The notes: generated by a model not told the origin, from the letters alone. Positions 1 through 10,306 are shown, numbered from the stretch's first letter. The stretch: DNA of 64,000 bases from an uncultured delta proteobacterium (GCA_963804955.1 CAWDSQ010000026.1:64001-128000); one strand, 5' to 3'. A program made the numbers and translations.

Positions 1-157
1 TTGGCTTCAAAGAGTTTACTTGCTTCTTTCTCACAAAAAATAAACTGGGACGTTTGTAGTATCTATTTTTTCTATTGAATTCCGAATTCCGGCTTCTGGA
101 TTCTTGACTTCTTGTTTTTATGCCCTACAGCATTTTTGCCAGAAAGCAAACTATACT

Positions 158-661
158 ATGAAAAAAAATCCTCATATTCGTTTAGCCTATTACCTGCTGA
201 TCTGCGTGCTGGTTCTTACGGCAGGCTGCATACGAACCGTGGTGCGCCTGGATATGGACACCTATCTGCAGAAGCAGGCGTCCTATGACGGGCAGGACAT
301 TGTCATCACCGCCACGCTTTCCGACGTGCTTGCACGCTACAGCCTGTATGAAGGAAAAAAAATTGAAGTAACAGCCCCTGTTGCCTGGTATAAATCCTAT
401 GGTTTCTGGACATGGCACCTGCTGCTTGTGGAAAACAGCGGCAGCCTTCGCGGCTATACGCATTATTACCGCATCGAGCCGGGCTGGGACGCGGTCAACC
501 TGCTGGACCGCGCCATACACGGTAAAAGACCGGTGACCGTGCTTGGGATATTAAGAAAGGACGGGCTTGATCTTCAGCGGCTTACCTGCGACAATGAAAG
601 CGCCACCACAAGCTTCAAACCGCCGCGGCCCGGAATCGGCTGGTGGCTGCCGCGCTGGTAA
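158..661 (+). CDS. hypothetical lipoprotein
   Basis: From ATG 158: MKKNPHIR, a hydrophobic stretch, then lipobox-like LTAG-C; a hairpin follows at ~681-712. Confidence 0.6.
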   Translation: MKKNPHIRLAYYLLICVLVLTAGCIRTVVRLDMDTYLQKQASYDGQDIVITATLSDVLARYSLYEGKKIEVTAPVAWYKSYGFWTWHLLLVENSGSLRGYTHYYRIEPGWDAVNLLDRAIHGKRPVTVLGILRKDGLDLQRLTCDNESATTSFKPPRPGIGWWLPRW

Positions 662-755
662 AAAATCTGTGTAAACTAAAGAGGCCGATACCTTTGCAGG
701 ATCGGCCTTCACTGTATAAACCTCAATTAAAACAGGTCTTGTTTGAACGCCCCTC

Positions 756-874
756 TTAGACGTGTATGAAAAGTCATGTAATGTCATCCTGAACGAAGTG
801 AAGGAAAACCGAGATTCTTCGCTGCGCTCAGAATGACAAAACAAAGGTTCTTCGGCTTTTCGTACACGATCTAA
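756..874. repeat. nested MITE/REP-like palindromic element
   Basis: Outer inverted repeat ttagacgtgtatgaaaagtc / ggcttttcgtacacgatctaa; inner tgtcatcctga...tcagaatgaca palindrome at 782-838. Confidence 0.75.
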
Positions 875-883
875 AAAACGGCA

Positions 884-1939
884 TTACCTCGCACAGGCCT
901 GCTCACACACGGGCAGGCCGCAGCCGCCGCAGCCGGGGGCTGTGTCACACAAATCCCCTGTTCCGTCCCCATCGGCATCGAGCTGCTTTGAATTGCACAG
1001 GTTCGGGCAGTTATCCAGAGCATCGCCAACGCCATCATAATCCAAATCGCCAGGCTGCTCACAGGCAATTTGCCCGCAGCCGCCGCAGCCGGGAGTTGCG
1101 TCACAGGCATCACCTGTTCCGTCTCCATCGGCATCTGCCTGATAGACATTGCATATGGTCTGACAATTATCCAGGTCATCCTCAACGCCGTCACCATCTG
1201 TATCAACCAGTATCGTCAGGGTGCCCTGCAGGGTCACTGTGCATCCCCCCGTGCCCAGGCACCCCCCGCTCCAGCCGGCAAACGTCGAGCCTTCATCGGG
1301 CTCTGAGGTAAGAGTAATGGTTGTTAATGCCGTGTATGTTGCCGTGCATTCTGTGCCGCAATTGATTGTGCCATCGGAGCTTGTGATCGCGCCCGTTCCT
1401 GGCCCTGATTTTGCAATGAGAACATCACCTAATGTCCCATACTGTGCCGCGCGCACCGCCCGCACATAAAAGTCGACAGCCTTTTCGCTGCCGAAAATGC
1501 CGCCGCCCATAAAAAGAACACCCCAGGCGTAGTTTGCATCATTTGCATACGGCGTAGACGACCAGTACAAGGACGCCACTGTGTCGGAAAAATAAGTTGT
1601 ATTGATGCTCGGACCCGACGTGGGGGCGCCGCCATAGACAAGAGTTGCCAATTCCTTGACTGCCGGCAAACGCCAGTCATCATAGCCGCCAAGGCTGAGA
1701 TTAGCGCAGTACTCAAGGGCCTGCTGCCAGGTATAGGTGCCGGGCGCAGTTGCCTGCTGCCATATAAGGCCGGTGGCATTGTCCTTGACAACCCCGCCCC
1801 CGAGATCGGTATATGAACCGGAGGCAGCGGGGAGAGCTTCCGCACGAACCGTATCAGGAGCAGAAACGCCCAAAGCGGCACAGCAGAACAGCAGCAGCGC
1901 ACACATGGACAGACCATATCTCGATTTGCTGAACTGCAT
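884..1939 (-). CDS. secreted DUF1566 (Lcl C-terminal-like) protein with InlB-B-like repeat and thrombospondin type-3-like repeats
   Basis: SD ggaggtg before ATG 1939; signal peptide; DUF1566 motifs V.DNATGLIWQ, DWRLP..KEL, YWSST, YVRAVR; FAGWSGGC.GTG.CTVT repeat; two DxDxDG...DNC units. Confidence 0.85.
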   Translation of the reverse strand: MQFSKSRYGLSMCALLLFCCAALGVSAPDTVRAEALPAASGSYTDLGGGVVKDNATGLIWQQATAPGTYTWQQALEYCANLSLGGYDDWRLPAVKELATLVYGGAPTSGPSINTTYFSDTVASLYWSSTPYANDANYAWGVLFMGGGIFGSEKAVDFYVRAVRAAQYGTLGDVLIAKSGPGTGAITSSDGTINCGTECTATYTALTTITLTSEPDEGSTFAGWSGGCLGTGGCTVTLQGTLTILVDTDGDGVEDDLDNCQTICNVYQADADGDGTGDACDATPGCGGCGQIACEQPGDLDYDGVGDALDNCPNLCNSKQLDADGDGTGDLCDTAPGCGGCGLPVCEQACAR

Positions 1940-1994
1940 ATACACCTCCCGTGAAAACCAAATTATCCACCCATTTTCTCGCAGCAAACAGCTC

Positions 1995-2206
1995 TAAACA
2001 GAAAGCACAAAAGGCACCCCCAAAGACAGGAGGTGCTCGTGGTACTGAACCAGCTATCTTAACTATTCGGGGAACTGCAGGAGACTAAAAAAGCAGGTTT
2101 TTCCGGCGGCTAAATCAAGAGCCCACTATTTCCCCAATCGACCGGCAATGCCTTTTCATCTTTTATTCTTATAGTAATACTATAGCACGTAGAAAGATTA
2201 TTTCAC
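1995..2206 (-). promoter_or_regulatory. promoter plus 5' leader with terminator-like hairpin (copy A; homologous to 28939-29130)
   Basis: gtgaaa-16nt-tatagt with extended TG; leader aligns by eye to 28939-29130; hairpin gcacctcc/gggggtgc followed by a T-rich tract. Confidence 0.6.
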
Positions 2207-2466
2207 GTTCTTGTCGTCCGCAATAAGGAATTGCTCCGCCTGCCGTGGCTGCCTTGAAAGGACAAAGCGATTTCGGCAGAATTACGCCCCTATCCTCTCC
2301 GCTTAGTGCTTTGACTAAAACCCGGCAATGCCAGTGCAGAGTTCACCCTCTGATTCGGCGAATTACGACGGTACAAAAAAAGGCATGTCCGTACAAGACA
2401 TGCTCTGATTAGTTGCAATATATTAAAAAAAACCGGGGGTTAAAATGCTGAAATACGGTGAGAACT

Positions 2467-2493
2467 GCAAGGGCGAACGCCATTCGCCCCTAC
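2467..2493 (-). repeat. GTAG-type REP palindrome
   Basis: Minus strand gtaggggcgaatggcgttcgcccttgc. Confidence 0.65.
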
Positions 2494-2635
2494 AAAAACA
2501 CATTGAAAATGAGGCCATCGTTGCGGTTAATCCTAAATCGCCATCATACTCCGAATGCTGGTCAACTACACAAGCGAACAATCGCTATTCAGAGCCTGAA
2601 CGGACTGTACGTTTTCGTCGCAGGTTGCTGTTACA

Positions 2636-2715
2636 GTCATTTCGAACGAACCGTTGAGAAATTCGCACCTCAATCCCAACTTCAGAACAAGATTGCTTTC
2701 GCAGTCGAAGTGACA
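2636..2715. repeat. degenerate TGTCAT..ATGACA palindromic element
   Basis: gtcatttcga ... tcgaagtgaca ends, as in the 12751-12854 copy. Confidence 0.5.
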
Positions 2716-2782
2716 GGCCAAAGGGCGAACCTGACAAATATAAACGTCCATAGATGGTTCAGAGCTTTCGTTCAGCCACTAT

Positions 2783-3845
2783 TCACAGAAGCTCTTTCCT
2801 GCCCTGCCGCTCAAGCTCATCAACAATGCTGCGCACATCCTGTGCCCGGTCGCGGGGCACGACCAGCAGGGCATCTTCGGTTTCAACGACAACAATATCC
2901 TTCAGGCCGATGATGGCAGTGAGCTTTTTGGGCGAGAAGACCATGCAGTTTTCAGAATCAACGGCTATCACATCCCCGCGCAGGGCATTGCCCGCGCTGT
3001 CCTGAGGGGAAATATCATAAATGGCAGACCAGCTGCCGATATCGTTCCAGCCGAAATCGCCCGGAAGCGTGTATACTTCGTCCGCCTTTTCCATGACGCC
3101 GTAATCGATTGATATGGGCTGCACCTTGCCGTAGGCTTCGGCAATGGCTGCATCTATAGCAGGAGTGCCCCACATATCCTTCAGCGGGAAAAGCAGTTCG
3201 TGCATGGCGGGCAGATGTTTTTTTACGGCATCAAGAATGACCGAGGCTTTCCAGATAAACATGCCGCTGTTCCAGAGAAAATTTCCCCTGGGCCAGATAC
3301 TCCACGGCGCGTTCGCGATCAGGCTTTTCATAAAACTGCTCAACACGATATGCCCCGGAGATGCAACGCGATCTATCGTACTGAATATAACCATAGCCGG
3401 TTTCCGGCTGTGTGGGCGCTATACCGATTGTAATAAGTGCGCCGGTGTCACGGGCCGCATCTGCAGCGGCTGAAAGACAGCCGCGAAAGCCCTCCGGATT
3501 ACCGATATGATGATCAGCAGGCAGAACAAGCATGACCGCTTCAGGATTTTGTTTATAGATCTTTGTCGCGGCAAGGCAGATGCAGGGGGCAGTGTTCCGG
3601 CCCACAGGCTCGACAATGATATTTTCAGCGGGCACACCGGGCAGTTGTACCCGCACCAGGTCCGCCTGTTCAGCGCCGGTTACTATCAAAATATTCTGCA
3701 GGGGCACCAGCGGCGCGATACGCTCAACGGTCTGCTGCAGCATGGTGGCCTCTCCGGTTATATCAAGCAGCTGCTTGGGCATGGCGCCCCTGCTGCGCGG
3801 CCAGAACCGCGTTCCCCTGCCACCGGCCATAATAACTGCGTACAT
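2783..3845 (-). CDS. manC: mannose-1-phosphate guanylyltransferase (frameshift ~3285)
   Basis: VIMAGGRGTRFWPRSR..PKQ, EPVGRNTA, FYEKP, WNSGMF, SIDYGVMEK, GWNDIGSW across two frames; SD ggagga. Confidence 0.9.
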
Positions 3846-3877
3846 TGCATGTCCTCCCAAAAGCCTGATTTTTAAAA

Positions 3878-4068
3878 TTGATGAAATCGAAAAAAAGTCT
3901 CGGCGTCTGTCATTGCAAGGAGCCCTTCGGCACAGCTCAGGATAGACTCCGTGACGCGGCAATCTGGATTTTCGTAGGGGCTCAAAATTTTGAGCCCCTA
4001 ATACAAGACAGAGATTGCTTCACTTCTTTCGCAATGACAGTTTTTTTGACTTTGTAAAAGAGCATCAA
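3878..4068. repeat. four-layer nested palindromic element
   Basis: Outer ttgatg..aaagtc / gacttt..catcaa; inner ctgtcattgc/gcaatgacag (3907-4040); cccttcgg..gctcagga REP; gtaggggctcaaaattttgagccccta REP (3974-4000). Confidence 0.75.
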
Positions 4069-4215
4069 AATTATCCAGACAATAGACAGTCCGCCTGCGC
4101 TTGTCAATTGATATAACAGGCCGGGCTCGCTGCTGCAGAAGCTATTGACTGCTTGAACGGAAAAGCATATTCTTAATAACTGGATTTAGCGCATAAACAA
4201 AAAGTCATTTTTTTT

Positions 4216-4340
4216 GGTTGGGTTAAGCCCGGAAGAAACTACGCAAAAAGAGCCTGTTTCATCCCCCTTTGAAAAAGGGGGATACAGGGGGTTTATTTTC
4301 GCCCAGCAAATCCCCCTAACCCCCTTTGCTAAAGGGGGAA
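4216..4340. repeat. REP cluster (half REPIN plus CCCCCTTT..AAAGGGGG doublet)
   Basis: 4216-4239 is the exact reverse complement of 6783-6806; two ccccctttg..aaaggggga hairpins at 4262-4340. Confidence 0.65.
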
Positions 4341-4454
4341 TTTTTTCGACTTTCTTTTGTGTGGACGACGGACTGGCTTCTTTTCTCAAGAACCTGAAAC
4401 CTTGAACAGTTACGATTTTTTTCAATAACCACTTTAAGGGATAACCAGACAGTC

Positions 4455-4640
4455 ATGACCAAGCAGCCGGGATTCAAAGCATTGGAAAAACGCATCGAGG
4501 AACTCCTCGAAAAAAACCGTGACATCTCTCCGGACGGCATGCTCAACCTTTTGCGACAGGCCGACAGCAACCCGTCATTTGATATTGCAAAGGAAATTGA
4601 GCGGCTTCGCACTGCTTCCAGCACCGCAAAGGATGAATAA
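4455..4640 (+). CDS. small hypothetical protein (61 aa, helical, charged)
   Basis: ATG-started ORF with amphipathic LEKRIEELLEK pattern; no recognised motif. Confidence 0.45.
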   Translation: MTKQPGFKALEKRIEELLEKNRDISPDGMLNLLRQADSNPSFDIAKEIERLRTASSTAKDE

Positions 4641-4687
4641 AACTCCTTCTTTTGCCCTTCCTGCACGACCCTGTGGCGGTTTCTCTG

Positions 4688-4716
4688 TTGACATATAGGC
4701 CGCAGGCTTTTATAAT
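4688..4716 (+). promoter_or_regulatory. sigma-70 promoter of tkt
   Basis: Perfect TTGACA-17nt-TATAAT, 48 nt before the tkt ATG. Confidence 0.85.
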
Positions 4717-4764
4717 CCCCTATTCTTTTTTTATACTAATCGCATCTTACAAAAGAGGCCTATC

Positions 4765-6698
4765 ATGATAGAGCGCGGGTTTACCCACAAAAAACTGGAT
4801 GATGCAAGCGTTGCGGAACTCAAAGCCCTCGCCAGGCGGGCGCGCGGCGATATACTAACCATGACAACCCTGGCGGCATCAGGCCATCCGGGCGGCTCCA
4901 TGTCGTCGCTTGAGATGTACCTGACCCTGTATGCCTGCGCCCGGGTATTCCCCGGCGATCCGCACAACCCCGACCGCGACCGCATTGTTATCAGCCACGG
5001 CCACACCTCACCGGGCGCCTATTCGGCCCTTGCCGCAACCGGATTTTTCAATCGCGAGGACGTGATCACGGGCTTCCGCCGGGCCGGCAGTATCTTTGAA
5101 GGCCATGTGGAGCGCACGGTGCCCGGCATCGAGTGGGGCACGGGCAATCTCGGTCAGGGCCTGTCGGTCGGCTGCGCTTTTGCTCTCGGAGCGCGCCTGA
5201 AAAAGAAAAAATATCATACCTTCGTAATGATGGGCGATGGCGAACAGCAGAAAGGCCAGATATCGGAGGCCCGGCGCTTTGCTGCAAAATACAATCTATC
5301 AAATCTCACGGTGCTTATCGATTATAACCGCCTGCAGATTTCCGGCGATACACACACGGTAATGCCTCAGAACATAAAAGAAAATTTTCTCTCAGACGGC
5401 TGGAAGGTCATCGAAATCGACGGCCATAACCTGCATGAAGTGTACTGGCGCTCTTCATACCGCCGTCAACGATACCACGGGCCCCATGGCCATCATAGCG
5501 CGCACCGTCATGGGCAGGGGCGTATCGTTTATGGAAAACCTGGCCAAATACCATGGCTCGACGCTCTCAGAGGAGCAGTATCTCAAGGCCATGACAGAGC
5601 TCGGACTGCCCCCTGAGCTTGAGCCGTATAAGGAAAAACGAAAAAATACGCCCGTCAATGACGAGCATCGCCTTGCGGCTAACCCTGTCACTATTGCAGC
5701 CGGGCGATCCCATTATCTATGCCGCCGACACCAAGACCGACAACCGCTCCGCCTTCGGAAGCGCACTGAAAAGCATTGCCCAGGCAAACAAGGACCTTCC
5801 CGGTGCAAGCCCCATTGCTGTTTTTGACTGCGACCTTGCCACCTCCGTCAAGGTCGACGGGTTTGAGTCTGTGCAGCCCGACCATTTCTTCCAGGTGGGC
5901 ATTCAGGAGCATAATGCCGCTGCCATGGCCGGGGCTATTTCCACCGACGGCGTTGTTTCGTTTTTTGCCGATTTCGGCGTCTTCGGCGTCTGTGAAACCT
6001 ACAACCAGCACCGCCTGAGCGACATCAACCATGCAAACCTGAAGCTCGTGTGCACGCATGTGGGGCTTGATGTCGGCGAGGACGGAAAAACCCATCAGTG
6101 CATCGATTATATGGGGCTGTTCCAGAACCTGTTCGGCTTCAAGATCGTGCTGCCCGCAGATCCCAACCAGACTGACCGCGCCACGCGATTTGCTGCGACA
6201 AACCCCGGCAATTTTTTTCTGGGCATGGGACGCTCAAAAACACCGACCATTCTTGACGAAACGGGCAGCCCGTACTTCGGCACGGATTACACTTTCACCT
6301 ATGGTGCAATAGACGTGGTGCGCCAGGGAACGGATGCCGCCATCATAACCTGCGGCTGCATGCTGGCGCCTGCCATAAAGGCATGGGAGGCTCTAAAAAC
6401 AAAAGGAATCAGCGTGCGCGTACTCAATGTCTCCTGCCCCAAAGACCTCGACGAAGACGTTCTGGCAGAGGCTGCGGCAAACGGCATCATCATTACGTAT
6501 GAAGATCACAATGTGCATACAGGACTTGGCAGCATCGTTGCAAATCACCTTGCCACACGGGGGCTTCGGGCAAGGCTGCGCAAGCTGGGCGTAACGGCCT
6601 ATGGCATGTCGGGACCCACGTCCGATGTCTTCAAGGCTGCCGGGCTTTCAGCCGACGCGCTTGTACGGGCGGTGGAAGAAGAGGTCAAAAAGAAATAA
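4765..6698 (+). CDS. tkt: transketolase (two frameshifts, ~5445 and ~5700)
   Basis: SGHPGGSMS, DRIVISHGH, TGNLGQGLS, GDGEQQKGQ, GIQEHNAA, GEDGKTHQ, EDHNVHTGLGS across three frames. Confidence 0.92.
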
Positions 6699-6751
6699 GG
6701 ATTTGTTGGGTTCACCCTATGCAGGTGCTTCTTCACAAATAATTTATTTTC

Positions 6752-6809
6752 GCAGGTTGGGTTGAGGTACGAAACCCAAGCGGTTTCTTCCGGGCTTAAC
6801 CCAACCTGC
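6752..6809. repeat. REPIN-like doublet (GCAG-type REP)
   Basis: Perfect 12-bp IR gcaggttgggtt/aacccaacctgc; related copies at 4216-4239 and ~12024-12055. Confidence 0.7.
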
Positions 6810-6846
6810 ATTGAATTGATGTTAAATGCTCTAATCAGGACCGACC

Positions 6847-8368
6847 ATGCTTGAAACGATTACCAGTGGATTCAATAAAGCGCGCGACCGCTTCCAGGGT
6901 CGCATTGAGCTGACAGAAGGAAACATAGAGGACGCCCTCAAGGACATCCGCCTGTCGCTGCTTGATGCAGATGTGAATTTAAATGTCGCCAGGGGTTTTA
7001 TCAGCCGCGTAAAGGACAAAGCCATCGGCGAGGTCATCGATACGCGCGTCTCCCATAAGGGCAAAAAGCTCAAGGTCTCACCGGGCGATCACTTCATCAA
7101 TATCTGCTACGAAGAGCTCGTGGCCCTCATGGGCCCGGTTGATACGAGCATCACATTCGGCAAACGGCCCGTATCGGCCATCATGCTGCTGGGCCTTCAG
7201 GGCTGCGGCAAGACAACCACTGCCGGAAAGCTGGCGAGTTACCTGCGCGGCAAAAACAAAAAGCCCCTGCTGGTTGCCGCCGACATCTACCGCCCTGCGG
7301 CCGTGGAGCAGCTGAGAGTTATCAGCGAGTCACTGGGCATACCCTTCTTTTCGGTTAAAGACGCCCTCCCGCCGGTCATCTGCAGGCGCGCCCTTGATCA
7401 TGCAAAAGAAATCGGCTGCGATATAGCCATATTCGACACTGCCGGCCGACTCGCCATTGACGACACGCTCATGACCGAGCTTGAGCATATCGCTACGGCC
7501 ACGCAGCCGGAAAACACGCTGCTTGTCTGCGATGCCATGATCGGCCAGGACGCCGTGAAGACCGCCGAGGAATTCAACCGCAGGCTGAACATTTCGGGCT
7601 TTATCATGACCAAGCTCGACGGCGATGCCCGCGGCGGCGCGGCCCTCTCGATCAAGGAAGTGACCGGCAGGCCAATAAAGTTCCTGGGCACCGGCGAGGC
7701 GCTCGACCGTTTGGAAGAATTCCGCCCCGAGGGGCTTGCCTCCCGCATACTGGGTTTCGGCGACGTCGTCGGCCTTATGAAGGATTTCGAAGATGTCGTC
7801 GATGAAAAGAAAGCCGAAGAAGATGCCAGGCGCATGCTCAAGGGACAGTTCACCCTTGACGATTTTCTCGAGCAGCTTCAGGCCATAAAAAAGATGGGCT
7901 CCCTGCAGGATCTGGTGGAAAAAATACCCTTCTTCAGCAGGCTTGCAGGAAATGCTTCGGTTGATGACCGCGAAGTCGTAAAGGTTGAGGCCATCATCCA
8001 CTCAATGACAAAAGCAGAGCGGATCAATCCCGACATACTCAATGACAGCCGCAAAAAACGCATTGCCCGTGGCTGCGGCCGCACCATTAAAGACATCAAT
8101 GAAATCCTTAAGCGCTTCAAGACCATGCGCGACGTCATGAAAAATATGGGCCGCTCGGGCATGCTGAGCCGCATGGCAAGCGGCATTTCCAATCTGCCCG
8201 GAGTCGGGAGACGCGGACATACCCGGCATGGGAAACATGATGGGCAGCTCAATGCCCATGAGCACCTTTAATGCGCCGCCCCGCGAATTGTCGTCGGCCC
8301 AAAAGAAAAAAAACAAAGACAAGCGCAAACAGCAGAAGCAATCCAGAAAAAAAAGCCGTAAAAAATAG
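6847..8368 (+). CDS. ffh: signal recognition particle protein Ffh (frameshift ~8210)
   Basis: GLQGCGKTTT, DTAGR, TKLDGDARGG, IIHSMT..ER, SRKKRIARGCG; Met-rich and basic tail in the second frame ends TAG 8368. Confidence 0.92.
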
Positions 8369-8407
8369 TTCTCTCCACTGTCCTGTAATAATCAGCAAAA
8401 TAATCAG

Positions 8408-8469
8408 CCGTTCGTGGTGAGCCAGTCGAACCATGAATGGCCGCCCTTATACATGCTCAGGGCGAACGG
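8408..8469. repeat. CCGTTCG..CGAACGG REP-like element
   Basis: ccgttcgtggtgagccagtcgaaccatgaa...gctcagggcgaacgg with terminal IR. Confidence 0.7.
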
Positions 8470-8539
8470 ATTTTGCAGCAGTTATTTTTTTATAAACTCA
8501 AAGCTTTCAAGCAACGCACAGTTTTTAACGTGGCACGCC

Positions 8540-9204
8540 ATGCCCGACACCCTTCACATTGCCGATCTTTTCCCCGACTGCGTCGCCACAGCCTGCATGC
8601 GCATCGGCCACAGCACCGGCGAGCTCTACCCGCAGGAACTGGCGCTCATACCTAAAGCCATTGACAAGCGCCGCTGCGAATTTGCAGCAGGAAGGGCCTG
8701 CGCACGGGAGGCGCTGGGCGCTATCGGCTATGCTCCGATGCCGATTCTGCAGGCTGCATCAAGAGCGCCGCTCTGGCCGGATGGCATCCTTGGAACCATT
8801 TCGCACAGCCACACCTGGGCAGGTGCTGCTGTTACGCGGGCTGATCAGCTGGCCGGCATCGGCCTTGATATTGAAACCGTCGGCCGCGTTTCCATGAACA
8901 TTGCCCGCAAAGTACTGACCGGCGCTGAGTCCGCCTTATTTCAAAGCTTGCGCGAGGAGGATCAGAAGGCACTTTCTCGCCCTTCTTTTCAGCGCCAAAG
9001 AGGCGGTGTATAAATGCCTGTCGCCTGTTGTATCAGTCCATATGGGGTTCCATGATGCAGAGGTACGCAAGACCGGCCCGTCTTGTTTTGAGGTCCGCAT
9101 GAGCCAAGAAATTTCACGGGCACAGCCCGGCATGCGCAAGCCTGACCGGCCATTATTTTTTTCATGACGGCTGCGTATTCACGGGCATTGCCCTTGAAGC
9201 ATGA
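8540..9204 (+). CDS. 4'-phosphopantetheinyl transferase, EntD/Sfp type (frameshifts ~8975, ~9140)
   Basis: RRCEFAAGRACAR, PLWPDGILGTISH, IGLDIE; FSAKEAVYK in the next frame. Confidence 0.85.
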
Positions 9205-9230
9205 ACCTATCGGAAAAACACGCTTTTTCA

Positions 9231-9259
9231 TTGACCAAACAGGCTTTTTAACCTATATT
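9231..9259 (+). promoter_or_regulatory. putative sigma-70 promoter of fabD
   Basis: TTGACC-17nt-TATATT. Confidence 0.55.
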
Positions 9260-9306
9260 TTTTTTCTACTACTGAACTTTTATAAACATTTTTGGAGGAT
9301 ACACGG

Positions 9307-10245
9307 ATGGCAAAGTGGGCTTTTCTTTTTCCCGGACAGGGATCACAGTATGTCGGCATGGGCAAAGACCTGAAAGACAATTTCAAGGTTGCAGCCGATG
9401 TTTTTGCAGAAGCTGATGAGGCCCTCAGCGATAATTTATCAAAAATGTGCTTCGAAGGCCCTGAAAGCGACCTGAAGCTCACCATGAATACTCAGCCCGC
9501 AATCCTGACGGCAAGCATTGCTTCGCTCAAAGTTCTTCAGCAGGAAACGGGACTTGAGCCCGCAATCGTAGCCGGCCACAGCCTTGGCGAGTACAGCGCC
9601 CTGGTGTGCGCAGGCGCACTTTCTTTTGCAGATGCTGTGCGCATCGTGCGCAAAAGAGGCATGTTCATGCAGCAGGCCGTGCCTGTGGGTGTTGGCGGCA
9701 TGGCAGCCATCCTCGGTCTTGATACCGAGCTTGTCGAGCAGGCTTGCCGCGATGGCGCGCAGGGTGAACATGTCGCGCCCGCAAACTACAACTGCCCGGG
9801 CCAGATCGTCATCTCCGGCCATATGGAAGCCGTGAAGCGCGCCGTAGCCAAAGCCGAAGAGCTTGGCGCAAAGAAGGCCGTCATGCTGCCCGTCAGCGCA
9901 CCCTTCCACAGCGCCCTGATGAAGCCGGCGGCTGACATGCTCGGCGAAGCCCTTGCAGCCATTACTGTCAGCGACATCAAAATTCCGGTGCTGTCAAATG
10001 TCGAGGCGGATTTTTATCCATCCAAAGATGCGGCAAAGCAGCTGCTTACCCGGCAGGTGAACTCGCCCGTTCGCTGGATCGAACAGATGGACAGGCTCCT
10101 TGAACAGAAGCCCGACCGCGCCCTTGAAATCGGCCCCGGCAATGTGCTGTGCGGCCTCATGAGAAAAATCAGCCGCGATGTAAAGATTCAAAAAGTCGAT
10201 ACGCCGGATGATATCAAGGAAGTTGTGGAATCCCTCAAAGGCTGA
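9307..10245 (+). CDS. fabD: malonyl CoA-ACP transacylase
   Basis: FPGQGSQ, TQPAIL, GHSLGEY, VSAPFHS, EIGPG; SD ggagga. Confidence 0.97.
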   Translation: MAKWAFLFPGQGSQYVGMGKDLKDNFKVAADVFAEADEALSDNLSKMCFEGPESDLKLTMNTQPAILTASIASLKVLQQETGLEPAIVAGHSLGEYSALVCAGALSFADAVRIVRKRGMFMQQAVPVGVGGMAAILGLDTELVEQACRDGAQGEHVAPANYNCPGQIVISGHMEAVKRAVAKAEELGAKKAVMLPVSAPFHSALMKPAADMLGEALAAITVSDIKIPVLSNVEADFYPSKDAAKQLLTRQVNSPVRWIEQMDRLLEQKPDRALEIGPGNVLCGLMRKISRDVKIQKVDTPDDIKEVVESLKG

Positions 10246-10266
10246 TTGCCGCACATTAATAGAGCA

Positions 10267-10306
10267 ATAAAAAAACCGGCCCTGAAAAGAGCCGGTTTTT
10301 TTATTA
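10267..10306. terminator. intrinsic terminator after fabD
   Basis: aataaaaaaaccggc..gccggttttttttatt. Confidence 0.85.

Noticed and set aside
2445..2657. ORF containing CWSTTQANNRY, faintly like a DGR template for the DUF1566 WSST segment
   Set aside because: No DNA-level match to any DUF1566 region with adenine-only differences; the ORF runs through REP elements; no RT nearby.
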